Below the pieces are notes generated by a model that was not told the DNA's origin, did not search any database, and worked only from the letters and a program-made list of their open reading frames with translations. A program made the position numbers and the translations under genes. This document shows positions 29,875 through 44,233 of a stretch of DNA of 64,000 nt, in pieces (positions within the stretch are counted from its first letter, which is position 1; the number at the start of each line of letters is the position of its first letter). The stretch is from Octopus vulgaris (lineage: Eukaryota): positions 69,254,001-69,318,000 of the forward strand of contig OX597828.1 of assembly GCA_951406725.2 (NCBI GenBank), read 5' to 3'.

Positions 29875-30680
29875 ATGTATGTATGTATGTATGTATGTAT
29901 GTGTGTATATGTATGTATGTATGTACGTGTGCATCTATATACGTATATGTTCATATACATACATATATACACATACACACATGTATATTCTGAATTTACT
30001 AAGAGTAAAGGCTGACCATTACGTTATAGAAGATATATATGCCAAGCGGGCATATACTGGGGTGGGGGCGGGGGAACACAGACACCCACTCCACCTTCGA
30101 ATTTCCATCTACCAAGCGTTGGAACTGAATTCGAGACCACATCGGTGTAAAAGCGAGCGCCTCGCCCACATAGCTATGCCTGTGCCGATATCACATTTAA
30201 TTCGAGTCGAGGCCATTTTTCGTTGCTACTTAAAATATTGCCGGCTTTTGGCCAGCCATCGGGTATCTGGGGAAAGGGAATACTATACATGTACCATACG
30301 TGTACCAGACTAAGAATTCAAAAAGAAGTCTTTGTGATTGACATCTTCTGTCAGAACCTGGCTCCAGAAGCCACATGGAATCACGAAATATTCGCACTAG
30401 CAAAATTCATCTTGTAAGGTTGTGTCGCCATTTTTATTGGTAACAACATCTGTTTATTGTGAGAGAAAATCTGTTGGAATAACCCTGGTTTGGAAACGTA
30501 CAAGCAAGATATATAAAGCTTGTAGAAGCTTGGGATCTCATCTGTAATACACGCTTTAAGGGTTGCAGGTTATCAGCTGGGGTTCAAAGTCATTTCAGAA
30601 TACAAAGACGAGATTGGCGATTATCGGAATGTTCTCGAATAATTTGGACTGGTATCATCTGTCAGATGAAGCGATCAACG

Positions 30681-30726
<46 letters not shown>

Positions 30727-31086
30727 TATCATCATCTTCATCATCATCATCATCTCTTCTCTCTCTCTCTCTCTCACACACACACATACATATCTTTTAT
30801 CTTTTACTTGTTTCATACTGGAAGAAATTTTAGTAGACTGTATCGACTCCAATACTTATTTTTCAAAGTCTGCTACTTATTCTATCGGTCTCTTTTGTCG
30901 AACCATTAAGTCACAGGGACGTAGACACATTTGTTGTCAAGCGGTAGTGGGTGGACAAATACAGACACAAAGACACATATGTGAATATATATATATATTT
31001 TGTCGAACCATTAAGTCACAGGGACGTAGACACATTTGTTGTCAAGCGGTAGTGGGTGGACAAATACAGACACAAAGACACATATG

Positions 31087-31155
<69 letters not shown>

Positions 31156-31241
31156 AAGGGTGAAAAGGAACACACGAGTTGATATATATCAAAAAACAAG
31201 TCAAAATAGAAAATGCTAAAATAATTCTATAAAGAACATTT

Positions 31242-31279
31242 CAGTACCGGTTTCGGTCATTTTGAGACCTTTTCAACTG
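31242..31279 (-). ncRNA. Minimal hammerhead ribozyme, U3-A8 core variant
   Basis: CAG-TTGAAAA-GGTC-TCAAAAT-GACC-GAAAC-CG-GTA-CTG on the minus strand. Confidence 0.6.
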
Positions 31280-31602
31280 TAACGATTAAATAATTAAATT
31301 TAGAAAAATTAAAAGAAAAGTTTTTTTAAAGGAATATTTGTATAGTGTTCAAATATAAGTGGCATTCTGCCTTTCTCTGTCTCCCTTGTTTTCACTTGTG
31401 TGTTCTTGTGAATGATGAAGCGATCACAAGATCGCATTCACAAGCATTCACAAGAACACACATGAAGCATTCACAAGAACACACAAGTGCAAACAAGGGA
31501 GACAGAGAAAGGCAGAATGCCACTTATATTTGAACACTATACAAATATTCCTTTAAAAAAACTTTTCTTTTAATTTTTCTAAATTTAATTATTTAATCGT
31601 TA

Positions 31603-31642
31603 CAGTTGAAAAGGTCTCAAAATGACCGAAACCCCGGTACTG
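31603..31642 (+). ncRNA. Minimal hammerhead ribozyme, U3-A8 core variant (inverted copy, +2 C in loop 3)
   Basis: CAG-TTGAAAA-GGTC-TCAAAAT-GACC-GAAAC-CCCG-GTA-CTG. Confidence 0.55.
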
Positions 31643-31690
31643 AAATGTTCTTTATAAAATTATTTTAGCATTTTCTATTTTGACTTGTTT

Positions 31691-31811
<121 letters not shown>

Positions 31812-31834
31812 CATATATATATATATGGAGACAT

Positions 31835-31870
<36 letters not shown>

Positions 31871-32534
31871 GAAAACTGAAAGAAGCCTGTCGTATACACT
31901 TATATACTACCTTACGGGCTTATTTCAGTTTCCTTCTATCAAATCGATTCACAAGGCTTTGCTTGGCCAGGGGCTACAGTAGAAGACACTTGCCCAAGGC
32001 GCCATGTAGTGGAACTGAACCCGAAGTTGTGTTTGAGAAGCAAGCTCCTTACCACACAACCACACCTGCATCTATAACCACGCCTGCGCATGCATACACA
32101 CACACATACGCACATACACACATACACACATACACACATACATACATACACACACATACATACATACATACATACATACATACTCACATACACACATACA
32201 TACATGTATGCATACATGCATACATGCATACATACATACATACATACATACATACATACATACATACATACACACAAACACACATACATACATACATACA
32301 TACACACATACATACATATATACATACATACACACATACACACACACATACATACATACATACATACATACGTACATACATACATACATACATACATAAA
32401 TACGTACACACACATACATACATACATACATACACACATACATACATATATACATACGTACACACATACATACATATATACATACGTACACACATACATA
32501 CATATATACATACATACACACATACATACATACA

Positions 32535-32568
<34 letters not shown>

Positions 32569-33063
32569 CATACATACACACATACATACATATATACATA
32601 CATACATACATACATGCATACACACATACATACACACAAACATACATTCATACATACACACATACATACATACATACATACATACATACATACATACATA
32701 CATACATACATACATACATACATACATACACGCACACGCATATATAAATGTTTGTTTTTTTTATGTTCAGTTAGATAAAAAAAACCAATTACCCCATACT
32801 TTTGAAGAATACGAATTATTATCCTTAAAACAAAATAGTGTTGACAATGACTTCGAAATTTCAGCCGCCAAGCCATGGTGGGACTGCCCAATAATGGCTT
32901 GGCTGACCGACAATTGAAAGTCATGTCAATACTGATTTTGCCTAAGAAGTATATATATATATATATTATTAATTACAGACAAAACCACTATTATGCAAAT
33001 CAAACAAAGAAAGACTTAATCCAATACATAAAAAAATTTATATAAATTAAAAATAATTAAGAT

Positions 33064-33112
33064 ATCCACTACGATCGTTTCTTGTCACTTCTATTGACAT
33101 TCATCAGGTGAT
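33064..33112 (-). ncRNA. Minimal type I hammerhead ribozyme motif
   Basis: CAC-CTGATGA-aTGTCA-ATAGAAG-TGACAa-GAAAC-GATC-GTA-GTG with a palindromic loop 3. Confidence 0.6.
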
Positions 33113-33253
33113 TTCAAGACCTACTATGCAATTTTGAACTATGAAGTAGTTTGTCTCTAATTAATATTATATTATATTTTACTATAAAATTGGATTCAAT
33201 CCTAAATTTGATTTTTCCCTGTAAATTTGGATTTATTCCCTAATATTATATTA

Positions 33254-33308
<55 letters not shown>

Positions 33309-33378
33309 CGATTTACGATTTTGTCTATTTTCGGCATATTTGGCATTATAATTTTTTCTTTTTCCCTTGTTTATAAGT

Positions 33379-33453
<75 letters not shown>

Positions 33454-33555
33454 TTATTTATATATATATATATTTTTATTTTTTTATTTATTTATATATA
33501 TACATATATATACACACATATATAAATGTAATTATATATACATATATAAATTATA

Positions 33556-33735
33556 GGCACAGGTGTGGCTGTGTGGTAAGTAGCTTGTTTACCAGCCACA
33601 TGGTTCCGGGTTCAGTCCCACTGCGTGGCACCTTGGGCAAGTGTCTTCTACTATAGCCTCGAGCCGACCAAAGCCTTGTGAGTGGATTTGGTAGACGGAA
33701 ACTGAAAGAAGCCCGTCGTATATATCTATCTATCT

Positions 33736-33800
<65 letters not shown>

Positions 33801-34015
33801 TGTGTGTGTTTGTGTGAGTGTGTTTGTCCCCCTAGCATTGCTTGACAACCAATGCTGGTGTGTTTATGTCCCCGTTACTTAACGGTTCGGCAAAAGAGAC
33901 CGGTAGAATAAGTACTGGGCTTACAAAAGAATAAGTCCCGGGGTCGAGTTGCTCGATTAAAGGCGGTGCTCCAGCATGGCCGCAGTCAAATGACTGAAAC
34001 AATTAAAAGAGTAAA
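33556..34015 (+). mobile_element. Second tRNA-derived SINE family with an internal microsatellite
   Basis: GGCACAGGTGTGGCTGTGTGG..GGTTCAGTCCC head, CCTTGGGCAAGT core and internal (TC)n(TA)n(GT)n. Fragments at ~21200-21480, 30800-31090, 31910-32085 and 53505-53555. Confidence 0.8.
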
Positions 34016-34138
34016 TGCATATTACAAAGATGAAACAAAAAAGGGATTAAATAAATCCAGGCTAATCTTTTCTTAAACACTGTAAGTATCAAACGTGTGG
34101 ATACTGCGTTTTTTCTTTATATATATTCGTAATTACAA

Positions 34139-34172
<34 letters not shown>

Positions 34173-34321
34173 TTATTACATGCATTTATGTATATATTAC
34201 AGAAAGAAAATTCAACTAAATGACTGGAGTATACGGTTCGGCGTTTGTTGCTTAGTAGTTACGTGGTTTTTACATCCAAGAGTTTGGCGGGTTACCGGTG
34301 TTGCGCGTGTTGCTTGCGTAC

Positions 34322-34405
34322 ATTCTCTCTTTTGTTATAGCCTTTGGAGAGACAAATAAAAGAAGGGAAATAAAGAATCGAAAAAAGAAACGAAAATAGA
34401 ATAGA
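34322..34405 (-). CDS. Microexon membrane-protein locus: 84-nt transmembrane exon
   Basis: tttctctttccag | [28 protein letters not shown] | GTACGC, phase 0-0. Confidence 0.6.
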
Positions 34406-34492
34406 CTGGAAAGAGAAACAAACCAAACTCATTAATTTACTGAAATTGACACCTTGGTAGAAACATGGTCCGACAAACGCATATATATAATC

Positions 34493-34562
<70 letters not shown>

Positions 34563-34621
34563 GCACATACATATGTATAAATATAATCATATATATATGT
34601 ATACATATATATATAAATATA

Positions 34622-34680
<59 letters not shown>

Positions 34681-34695
34681 TAGATAGATAGATAG

Positions 34696-34744
<49 letters not shown>

Positions 34745-34745
34745 C

Positions 34746-34792
<47 letters not shown>

Positions 34793-34891
34793 TATATATA
34801 CACACATATATATATATGCACACATATATATATACACACATATATATATATACACACACATATATATATATACACACACATATATATATAT

Positions 34892-34982
<91 letters not shown>

Positions 34983-34984
<2 letters not shown>

Positions 34985-36182
34985 AGGTTAAGTCAAAAGT
35001 TTTTTTCGGATTTTCGTTGGTGATTTTTGGCAACTCGTATCTCCATATTATAACCTTCATTTGATATAACTTGTCCAAACCGTTGCTGGGTTGTTTGTTT
35101 TTTATCTTCGCATATAACATAAGCATTAATCAGTTATTTTACAGCTTTGATAACGGATGGTGAAAAATTAAAAAAAAGATGTGGCAGATTCAGGAACTGT
35201 TAACTAGCGTCTGGCACAAAACATGTTGAGATGCTTCAAGGAAGGTGACATCTGTCTCGAAGACAAAGCAAGGTCAGGGAGACATTCTGCCGTGAAAGAT
35301 GAGACCTTGCTTCAAATGGTTCAACAACACACAATCACAGGCATTCGTACATCATTGACAGAACTTGGTCCTTCACAAAGCACCGTCAATCGACACGCTG
35401 TTGGCAAGTTCCTCATCAAGTGACCAATCACCAGACGCAACAACTGGTGAAAATTTTTGCAGACAGCTGCTGGCAAATCCTCAAGATGCCCGTTTTTTTG
35501 GCCTTGAATTGTAACTAGGGAGGAAGAAATGGATCTATTTTCGTAATCCTAATAAGAGAAATCAGTGGTTTCGTTGTGGACAGACTTCCGAACCTGTTGT
35601 GTGTTTGGTGGAATTTCAAGGGAGTGTTGCACTTTGAGTTTGTCCCAAATGGTCAGGCTTTGAACGCTAACCTTTATGCTCAACGGCCACAATGAATATA
35701 TAGCGCTTTGAAAGCCTGATACTTTGGCATTGGTCAATCAAAGACACACACTACTACAGCATGACAATGCCCCAGCACACACTGCCAATGTGACCAAGTG
35801 CAAAGTTGAGGAATCTGAGGGGCTGGAAGTGCTGTCTCACCCTATCCACAATCCAGATCTTACACCATCAGATTACTACTTTTTCCAAGTCATGGCTCAT
35901 TTCCTGAACGGACGGCGGATCAACAGTGTGGGTGAGGTTGAAAACGGGTGCAGAGAGATTTCGGCCTCTAAACCTGCCAAATGGCATAAGCGTTAAATGG
36001 AGCTTCGGGTATAACGACGACAACAGACAGTAGAATTAATGAGTTGTAGGCACCCAGTATTTCGTTAGGGAGAGAATAGAATACGATAGGATATATTTTG
36101 ATGAATACACGCTTTACAAATGTAATTTGATTGGACAATTAATTAAAGCTTGAAATACGAAAAAGCGTTTGACTCAACCTGG
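34983..36182 (+). mobile_element. Degenerate mariner DNA transposon
   Basis: TA-CCAGGTTAAGTCAAAAG.. / ..GTTTGACTCAACCTGG-TA TIRs. Remnants FKEGDICLEDKARSGR and QHDNAPAH...HPIHNPDLTPSDYYFF. Confidence 0.9.
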
Positions 36183-36193
36183 TAAATACTTAC

Positions 36194-36301
36194 AGCGATT
36201 TTTCGATAACGGTTGACGCCGAATATAAGGAAGGTCAAAAGGATCACAACAATTAACAGCAACAGTACGGAGATGAGGCAAAAAGCAAAATGGATGTGTA
36301 T
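36194..36301 (-). CDS. Microexon membrane-protein locus: 108-nt transmembrane exon (copy 2)
   Basis: tttctctactattacag | IHIHFAFCLISVLLLLIVVILLTFLIFGVNRYRKIA | GTAAGT. Same length, phase and VNRYR motif as 49502-49609. Confidence 0.75.
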
Positions 36302-37084
36302 CTGTAATAGTAGAGAAACAAACAATAAATATAAACATATACACAATGATAACGATAAACAATAAATATATAACGATTTTGAATGGGCAAAATTTGCTTA
36401 GTTAGAACTAAGAGGACTGGTCCGTTGCCATAGATAATGTAGTGGACTATATGAGAGTGTTGTACCTACTTACAGCCAGATGGACGGGACTAAGGTATTA
36501 ACAGTTAAGTGTCATGTTTACGACTCTATAGTCAACAATATCAGAGTGTTGTGTAGACTTTCAGTCAGGTGGACTGATTTGTTGCCAATCAAATCTTACA
36601 TGGAAACAGTACAGTGAATTATGACATATTGTTGTACCTGCTTATGGCTAGGTGGAGTGGGCTATTGGAAGTTCTTGGTCATGGACAGAACACAGAAAGC
36701 CATACCACTTGTAGTTCCCATTGACGGTTAAATGCATTGGTCTGTTGGCAGTTAGGTAACATATTGAAAAACGTATGTTACATTGTGGTACCCACTTAAA
36801 GCTAGATAGACTGGGCCTAGATTGGGAATGAAATCTGATAGGCGTAGACACAGTACAGTGAAGTGTATCACAGTATGCTGCCTATCTCACTCTTTCCACC
36901 TGTTTCTGTTGTACCTGTATTTCAAAGGTCCAGCCTTGTCACGCTGAATCTTCCCGAGAACTACGTTAAGGGTACACGTGTCTGTAGAGTGCTCAGCCAC
37001 TTGTACGTTAATTTCACGAGCAGGCTGTTCCGTTGACTGGATCAACTGGAACCTTCGTCGTAGTAACCGACGGAGTGCCACGAC

Positions 37085-37125
<41 letters not shown>

Positions 37126-37552
37126 TTTCTATCACGGATCAGTACATTATGTATATATGGAGAGAGAGAGAAAGAGAGAGATGATGTTTTCATCCACCAC
37201 GTATCGTTCTGAGGATTAGTCTCTTGGTACACATATCAGTACTTTTCTAGATATGGCTACACACACGTTCATATATTTACTTATTAATATTGATGTAACA
37301 CTATTATATAACTAACAGGTTTATGAAACGGTTGTAAACGAATGGAATAAACACCTACTCCCTCACCTCTCTTCTCTTATCTGTTCTTTGTATATATAAA
37401 TATGAAAAGAAGCAACATCGCATATTAGATTCGAACGCCGTCTCTGCTCTAAACCGTTTACTGTGTGAGCCACTACACTAATGTGACACCATAGTCATTA
37501 GTGTCCCAAATTAATGGACTTTAATTAAATAGCTACAATAATATACCAGTGA

Positions 37553-37750
37553 TAAGGCGGTGAGCTGGCAGAAACGTTAGCACGTCGGGCGAAACCGCTT
37601 AGCGGTATTTCGTCTCTCTTCACGTTCTCAGTTCAAATGCCTTTCATCCTTTCAGGGTCGATAAATTAAGTACCAGTTGCGTACTGGGGTGGATCTAATC
37701 GACTGGCCCCCGTCTCCAAAATTTCGAGCCTTGTGCTTTGAGAAGAAAAG
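37553..37750 (+). mobile_element. tRNA-derived SINE (tail B) with 16-bp TSD
   Basis: TSD AATAATATACCAGTGA at 37537-37552 and 37751-37766. Confidence 0.9.
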
Positions 37751-37813
37751 AATAATATACCAGTGACGTGTAAACGAAGAGTCTCAGTCGACACAATATT
37801 GGAGTTATAGTGT

Positions 37814-37849
<36 letters not shown>

Positions 37850-37919
37850 ATTTCTTTCTCTGTCTGTGTATGTTGTGAGTGGGTTTGTACAAAAGTGCTA
37901 CAAAAAAGTTTATACTTAC

Positions 37920-37934
37920 ATACTCGTCTGTATC
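37920..37934 (-). CDS. 15-nt microexon (DTDEY)
   Basis: gctgttttattgcag | GATACAGACGAGTAT | GTAAGTATAAACT. Donor flank is shared with other microexons. Confidence 0.65.
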
Positions 37935-37990
37935 CTGCAATAAAACAGCAAAGTGAAATATTTAAATTTTGGATATAATTTAATCTATCT

Positions 37991-38045
<55 letters not shown>

Positions 38046-38896
38046 AATGAACCGAGTGAAATAACTCAATTGGCTATTGGCATGTAGTTAAACAACATAG
38101 ATACACACGGGTTACACCAAACACCATACAACATAAATTCTTGACTTATTAAAATCCTCTTCACCTGCAGAAGATCTGCTATAATTGCTGAATGGCAAAT
38201 AAGGTCAGCTCCACATAAGAACAGGAGATAATTACAAGAATCAGGAATTCTTGAATGCTGACTTACCATTAAGGAAAAGGAGAAAGAAAATAAGAGAACA
38301 ATTGTATAACACGTGTTTCTGCCTTGATAAGCGTCATCGATTTGACAATTGTCTCAGTCTATCTCCAGCAGCCAGCCTTCTCATATGGAAGTGTTCTCAA
38401 TTGCTATTTGCTTATTGTGACCCATCGAGGTCTTTGTACTGCTTGCTTCGCCGCTTTATATACTGGGGTCGATTCGTCTTCTTTTTTCTAAGCCTTTCAT
38501 TCGGTCTGTCTATTTCTCTCCTTGTTGAAGTAATCGAGTGGAGTCAGAGTAGGACAAGAATCAACTCTGCCAAGTCTAAAAAATCTCGTAAACAGGCCGT
38601 ACGACACGATGGCACCCTTATATTCTAGCTATCGGGACACAAAGGCATAGCTACGCGCACACACACACACATATATATATATATATACACACACACACAT
38701 ACATGTAATATGGTTTATGTCAGACGAGTGTGAGAGATGTGTCCTTGCCTGAAGATCGCAATTGCGAGAAACTCGAGTCAATTTTTAAAAAAAACTACAC
38801 ACACAAGCACATGCACATAATACATACATACATACATATGTAAACCCGTATATATATATATACGTATACACACACATATATGTGTATGTATATACA

Positions 38897-38935
<39 letters not shown>

Positions 38936-38960
38936 TATATATGTATGTATATACAGTATA

Positions 38961-38999
<39 letters not shown>

Positions 39000-39002
<3 letters not shown>

Positions 39003-40396
39003 TAAAAAGAATTCCAACCTTGTCTGATTTTCACGTTTTATTTACAATCTTATAATGATAATATTATAAGATAATATATTATAATTGAATAAAATAAAAT
39101 GAAATAGTAGAATGTTAAATATTCATTCTGATTGAACTAGTACTTTCATGCATTGAATTCTGCAATCTTCGGGTTCATGTAGTAGTGTTGACAGTCATGC
39201 TTCACAATTTTTGACTGTAGCAAGATGAGTGATTCTGTGCTATAAATACAGCTGGGAAGGCTCCAGAGTGCTAGGTTTTGCAAACTGTATTCTGACCAAT
39301 CAGTGTGTAGTATCACTCAATTACTTAAGCTGATTGGTTGGTTGAGCTGATTGGTTTAGGCATCACGCTTTGTTGGACAGGTCAAGAGTCCTGTATCTTG
39401 ACCCTGGCCGAAGCAGCAATCGTTGGGTTATTTTTAGAAATGTTGTAAATATCCTTTGTCAGAGATTTTTATATTTTTATATTTCAATTGTCATCATCAT
39501 CATTGTCAGCACCTTAATTATTGTTGCTAGTGGTTATGGTGGTGGCAATAGAACTTTTAACCCTAAATAAGATAATTTTCCTGCTATCTTCGTCTTGATC
39601 ACCTTTAGTATTGTTGTTGTTGTTAGTGGTCATGGTCGTAGCAGTGGAAGTAATACCTCTAAGTATTATTATTATTGCTTATTCAGCTTGGGTTCGAATT
39701 TATCAATAAAATTCTTTTCTCTGATTTTCCTCTCGATTTCACTTGGGCTGTGTAATTTGTAGAATGGAAATATTATATATATTTTCCGACCACATGTTGC
39801 TAGGTGGTTACTCAAAGGTATCTGACGGACCTCTGGGTCTCTAATCTGTTGCCGGTGTACACGTGAGCGTTCTAATAGTGCGTTTCCCGTCTGACCTACA
39901 TATATTTCTTCACAATTTGGGCATTTGATGCAGTAAATTAAATTTCTGCTTTTGCAGTTCATATTCGCGTTTGTGAATATTTTCCCGGTTTTTGTGTTTA
40001 TATATTGACCGGTATGTATGAATTGGCATGTGCCACATCGGCTATCATTGCATTTAGATACCGTGAATGTTTGGTCTTTGTTGCTGAGGTCAAATTTTGC
40101 CTTTGTTAGTAATGTTTTCAAGTTTTTAGGCTGTCTTTTACTAAGCACCATAGCTCGATCCTTGATTATGTCTTTTAATTCATTACTTTGGGCAATGATT
40201 GGAAGGTTTGCTTTGGCAATGTTGAAGATATTCTGGTGACATGGGTTGTGTGTCACTATGAATGGTATGACTTGTTCTTGTTTTCCTCTTCCTTGGGTTG
40301 TCCTAAGTTGTTGTATAGGTATTTTTATAGCCCGCTGTATGCCATTTTCTATAAGTAGAGATGGGTATTTTTGTTTGAGCAAAAATTCTCTTAGTT
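39000..40396 (-). mobile_element. 5'-truncated Penelope-like element (Neptune-type) in (TA)n
   Basis: ORF 39672-40382 has a CNDSRCGTC linker and GIY-YIG NLIYCIKCPNCEEIYVGQTG..R..H..E..PKLN. The 3' UTR carries a hammerhead motif. Confidence 0.9.
39133..39177 (-). ncRNA. Hammerhead motif in the Penelope 3' UTR, core mutated to CCGAAGA
   Basis: TGAAC-CCGAAGA-tTGCA-GAATTCAA-TGCAt-GAAAG-TA-CTA-GTTCA. Confidence 0.5.
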
Positions 40397-40413
40397 CTAT
40401 TAGGCGTTTGTTC

Positions 40414-40488
<75 letters not shown>

Positions 40489-41159
40489 GAAATTTATAGA
40501 AAAACAAAAGACGAAGACAGGTGTATGAACAACAAGCAAGTATATTAGTTTGACGCTCGGGGAAATGAAAAGGTCTTTTATATTTCGAGCCTAAGCTCTT
40601 CAACAGAAAGGATGAAGACGAAATAAATAAAGAATGGAAAAACAAAAAATTGTAGATTTCAGCAGTCCAGCATGGTGAAGCATATCTATTTATGTGTGGA
40701 TGTAAATACCCATGGTAAAGATTCTACCCTGTATATGAAAAGAAAAAAAAATTGCAAAAGTTTTATTAGCAGATTTAGCGTTTGTGAACTACAGAAGGGT
40801 ATATATGATGTACCACAGGCATGGTGTAGAGGTGTTAAAATGCAGCTTTGTTAGTAATTAAAGATGAGCAAATGGATAAAAAAAAACCAAGATGCTCAGT
40901 GTGCTACCAAACAGGTGAAAACTATAAAGAAGCTCTTGAGAAATATGCGATGTGCGTTAGTATTAAAATATAGAAAGCGTGTCCGTTCTAGTGCATTGTC
41001 AGAACTATAGTTGAAGACTGTTAGGCTCGTAAGTTCTTACTAAAATAGGGTTTATTAAAGGAGGTGCGCAAGTGTTGTACAGGAGGCAAGGGGTCAGCTG
41101 AACCCTACTAAATTACTAAAACATTTGGTATGAATATAGAAAGAGGAAACACTACATAC

Positions 41160-41171
41160 CTTTCTAAAATC
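41160..41171 (-). CDS. 12-nt microexon (DFRK)
   Basis: tttttattttcttgtag | GATTTTAGAAAG | GTATGT. Confidence 0.6.
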
Positions 41172-41476
41172 CTACAAGAAAATAAAAACAACAGTAATTA
41201 CAATAATGGTTTCAAATTTTAGCACAAGGCCAGCAGTTTCAAGATGGGGAGGGAAAGTCAATTACATCGATCCTAGTACTTAACTGCTATTCATTTTATC
41301 AACCCCGAAAGGGTGAAAGATAAAGTGGTGGCATTTGAACTCAGAGCGTAAAGACCGACCAAATGTCGCCAAGCATTTTGTCCGCCATACTAACAATTCT
41401 ACCAGTTCGCTGCCATAATAATCATAGTAATAATAATAATTATAATAATAATAACAATAATAACAACAACAACAAC

Positions 41477-41559
<83 letters not shown>

Positions 41560-41561
<2 letters not shown>

Positions 41562-42117
41562 GCCCTGATGCAGTACCAGGCAGTGGCTCTCATGGCTTCT
41601 GATCTTAACTGATTGGAAGTGTTACCATGTACATTGCTTTGTCTTGGTATAAAAGATGGGCTACAGCAAATATTCTGCTCAATACCACAGATTTGCTTGT
41701 CAGTTGTTTGACCTTAACCAGTTGAGCATGTCCCTTAGTGGCTGACGATATGTGCATCTCTGATCACGAGCAGAAGTAGTGGGGGAGCATCATGGCCATG
41801 TGTTGGGGGGGGGATTCTTTGGGGTTTGAGTAATTCACCTCTGGAAACATGGGTGGTTCTTTCAACATCCTTAAACAACCCTTATTCAGGGACCGGTTGA
41901 GCGGGATGGGTTACTCAACCTGAAGAAAATTCTAACTGGGCTCCACCTGCAAGGTCATGTGCTGTTTATCTTGATATGAGATCACCATGTCGTGCACATA
42001 TGGTTGTGATGCATGTGCCTAGTGTACCCTTATCAGACGGGTAGTCATGATGGGTATATTGGGCTTCGTATATTTTACCCCAGTGTCACTTTGATGGCAT
42101 GGACTGCTCTCTCACTC
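41560..42117 (+). mobile_element. Non-coding interspersed repeat inserted in (AAT)n
   Basis: Bounded by (AAT)n on both sides. Its 3' part recurs at ~3770-3917 with the same ...ctctcactc-(aat)n end. Confidence 0.65.
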
Positions 42118-42228
<111 letters not shown>

Positions 42229-42252
42229 CATTATTATTATTATTATTATTAT

Positions 42253-42450
42253 GGTATGTGCTGTGATTTGTTGTGATGCTCTGATTGTTACTGTATTGAA
42301 AGTGGTTTTGCGTACACTGCACACATCCTACGCAAAACACTTTCAATACAGTAGCCATCAGAGCATCACAACAAAACACAGCACATACCCAAGGCACACA
42401 GAGCTGCGCTCGGTAGTGAAGTGAAAGCACGCTATAAAAATAAAACTACT
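42253..42450. mobile_element. Head-to-head Dong/R4 3' ends
   Basis: 42253-~42314 is the inverse of ~42328-42389. The right arm matches the 3' UTR at 4938-5072. (TAT)n on the left, (AAT)n on the right. Confidence 0.8.
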
Positions 42451-42451
42451 A

Positions 42452-42530
<79 letters not shown>

Positions 42531-42547
42531 TGCATGCATGTGTATGC

Positions 42548-42600
<53 letters not shown>

Positions 42601-43292
42601 ATATGTTACACACACACACATACATATATGAGTGTATGTTTAATAGTATATATACATATGGGGAACAACCTCTCATTTATACATGTTTCACTGAAAGAAC
42701 GACTATGTTCAAGTTTTATCTTTTATTATTTTTCTTTCATCTTTCTTGGATTTTTGCAGTTAGTTTGGAGCAATAGAGTTTCTAAATCCGTATCCGACCT
42801 TCACAGCCTCATTATTAGGAATTTTATTGAATATATTTGGAGACTGTTATGTTTCTTATATACGGATTGAATTCGTAGAGGCTTTTATTATGGCCTCTAG
42901 CTTTATTCGTCAACAATCGAGTGACAGGTTATGCTAATAGGAAAATATGAAAGATGTCTAAGATTAAAATGATGAAGCTTAAAAATAGCCGTGTATTTAA
43001 TGAAACACGCATCCACAGACTCCGCCACGCACGTACTCACACATACACACACACATATGCAGTCATGTGTGTCATGCTCGTATTTTATACGTCTTATTTC
43101 GAATAAATTGTGTATATTCAAATGTGTGTCTGTATGTTTCGAGTTGTGCGTTTGTGTATGTGTGTATATGTGTGTATATGCGTGCGTGTGCGGGTGCGTG
43201 TGCGTCCGTGTGTGTGTGAGTTTGTGTGTGTGTGGGGTGGGGGGTATGTACAGGTAATGTTAATAAACGAATTTGAAGAAATGTCAACTTAC

Positions 43293-43373
43293 GTTTGCCA
43301 AGAAACAGAACAAACAAAATGAGACAATTGCCAAAATGTCTGCCACAATGACCAGCACCATCAAATGAGTAGC
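43293..43373 (-). CDS. Microexon membrane-protein locus: 81-nt transmembrane exon
   Basis: atttcattgttgtag | ATHLMVLVIVADILAIVSFCLFCFLAN | GTAAGT, phase 0-0. Confidence 0.7.
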
Positions 43374-43425
43374 CTACAACAATGAAATTTCCATATACAT
43401 ACATTATTAATTCAAAGCCCTGTGG

Positions 43426-43478
<53 letters not shown>

Positions 43479-43700
43479 GATATAATATAATATAATATAA
43501 CATAATATAATATAATATAATATAATAAAATATATATATATTATATACATGCATATACATATATATGTATGTATGTATTATATAAATATATATATAAACA
43601 TAAATATGCATATGTACATATAAAATATATATATACTAATATTATAAATATGTATTCTCATATATGTATTTATATATATGCATATATAGTATGTATATAT

Positions 43701-43776
<76 letters not shown>

Positions 43777-44181
43777 GCGGTGCTCCTACATGGCCACAGT
43801 CAAATGACTGAAACAAGTATTATATATATATATAAAATGGGACAAGAACGCAAAACATCCAGACAGACGATGCAAAGAAAACAAGGACGGGTGATTCGGA
43901 GTTTTCTTTCCTCAGTCGAGTTCCAGATTATCTTTGCAATTTCGGTTGGTTATACTCGAGACTGCTCCAATCTGGCCAGCCCCAAGGAAAAACTAAGCTA
44001 AGAGCACTAGATTCCTTGGAAGAAAGCAGCGAATGTTTACGAAAACAAGGGCGGGAAAACGGAGGAAGTTACACAAATACAAATAACAGAACATAACAAC
44101 ATACATACATACATACATAAATATATATATATATATATATACATACAATACATATATATATGTATATGATATATATATGTG

Positions 44182-44233
<52 letters not shown>

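Noticed and set aside
32799-32824. 24-nt microexon DNNSYSSK
   Set aside because: AAG acceptor and weak GTATGG donor, overlapping a hairpin repeat, with no shared flank.
38267-38318. Hydrophobic minus-strand exon ending in GTAAGT
   Set aside because: The donor is good but there is no convincing acceptor, the phase does not fit neighbouring exons, and the upstream sequence looks like a LINE remnant. Left unresolved.
40575-40610. Hammerhead TTGAAGA-GC-TTAG-GCTC-GAAA on the minus strand, and half motifs at ~29350 and ~48661
   Set aside because: Stem III and stem I are damaged or half the core is missing, so these are too decayed to call.
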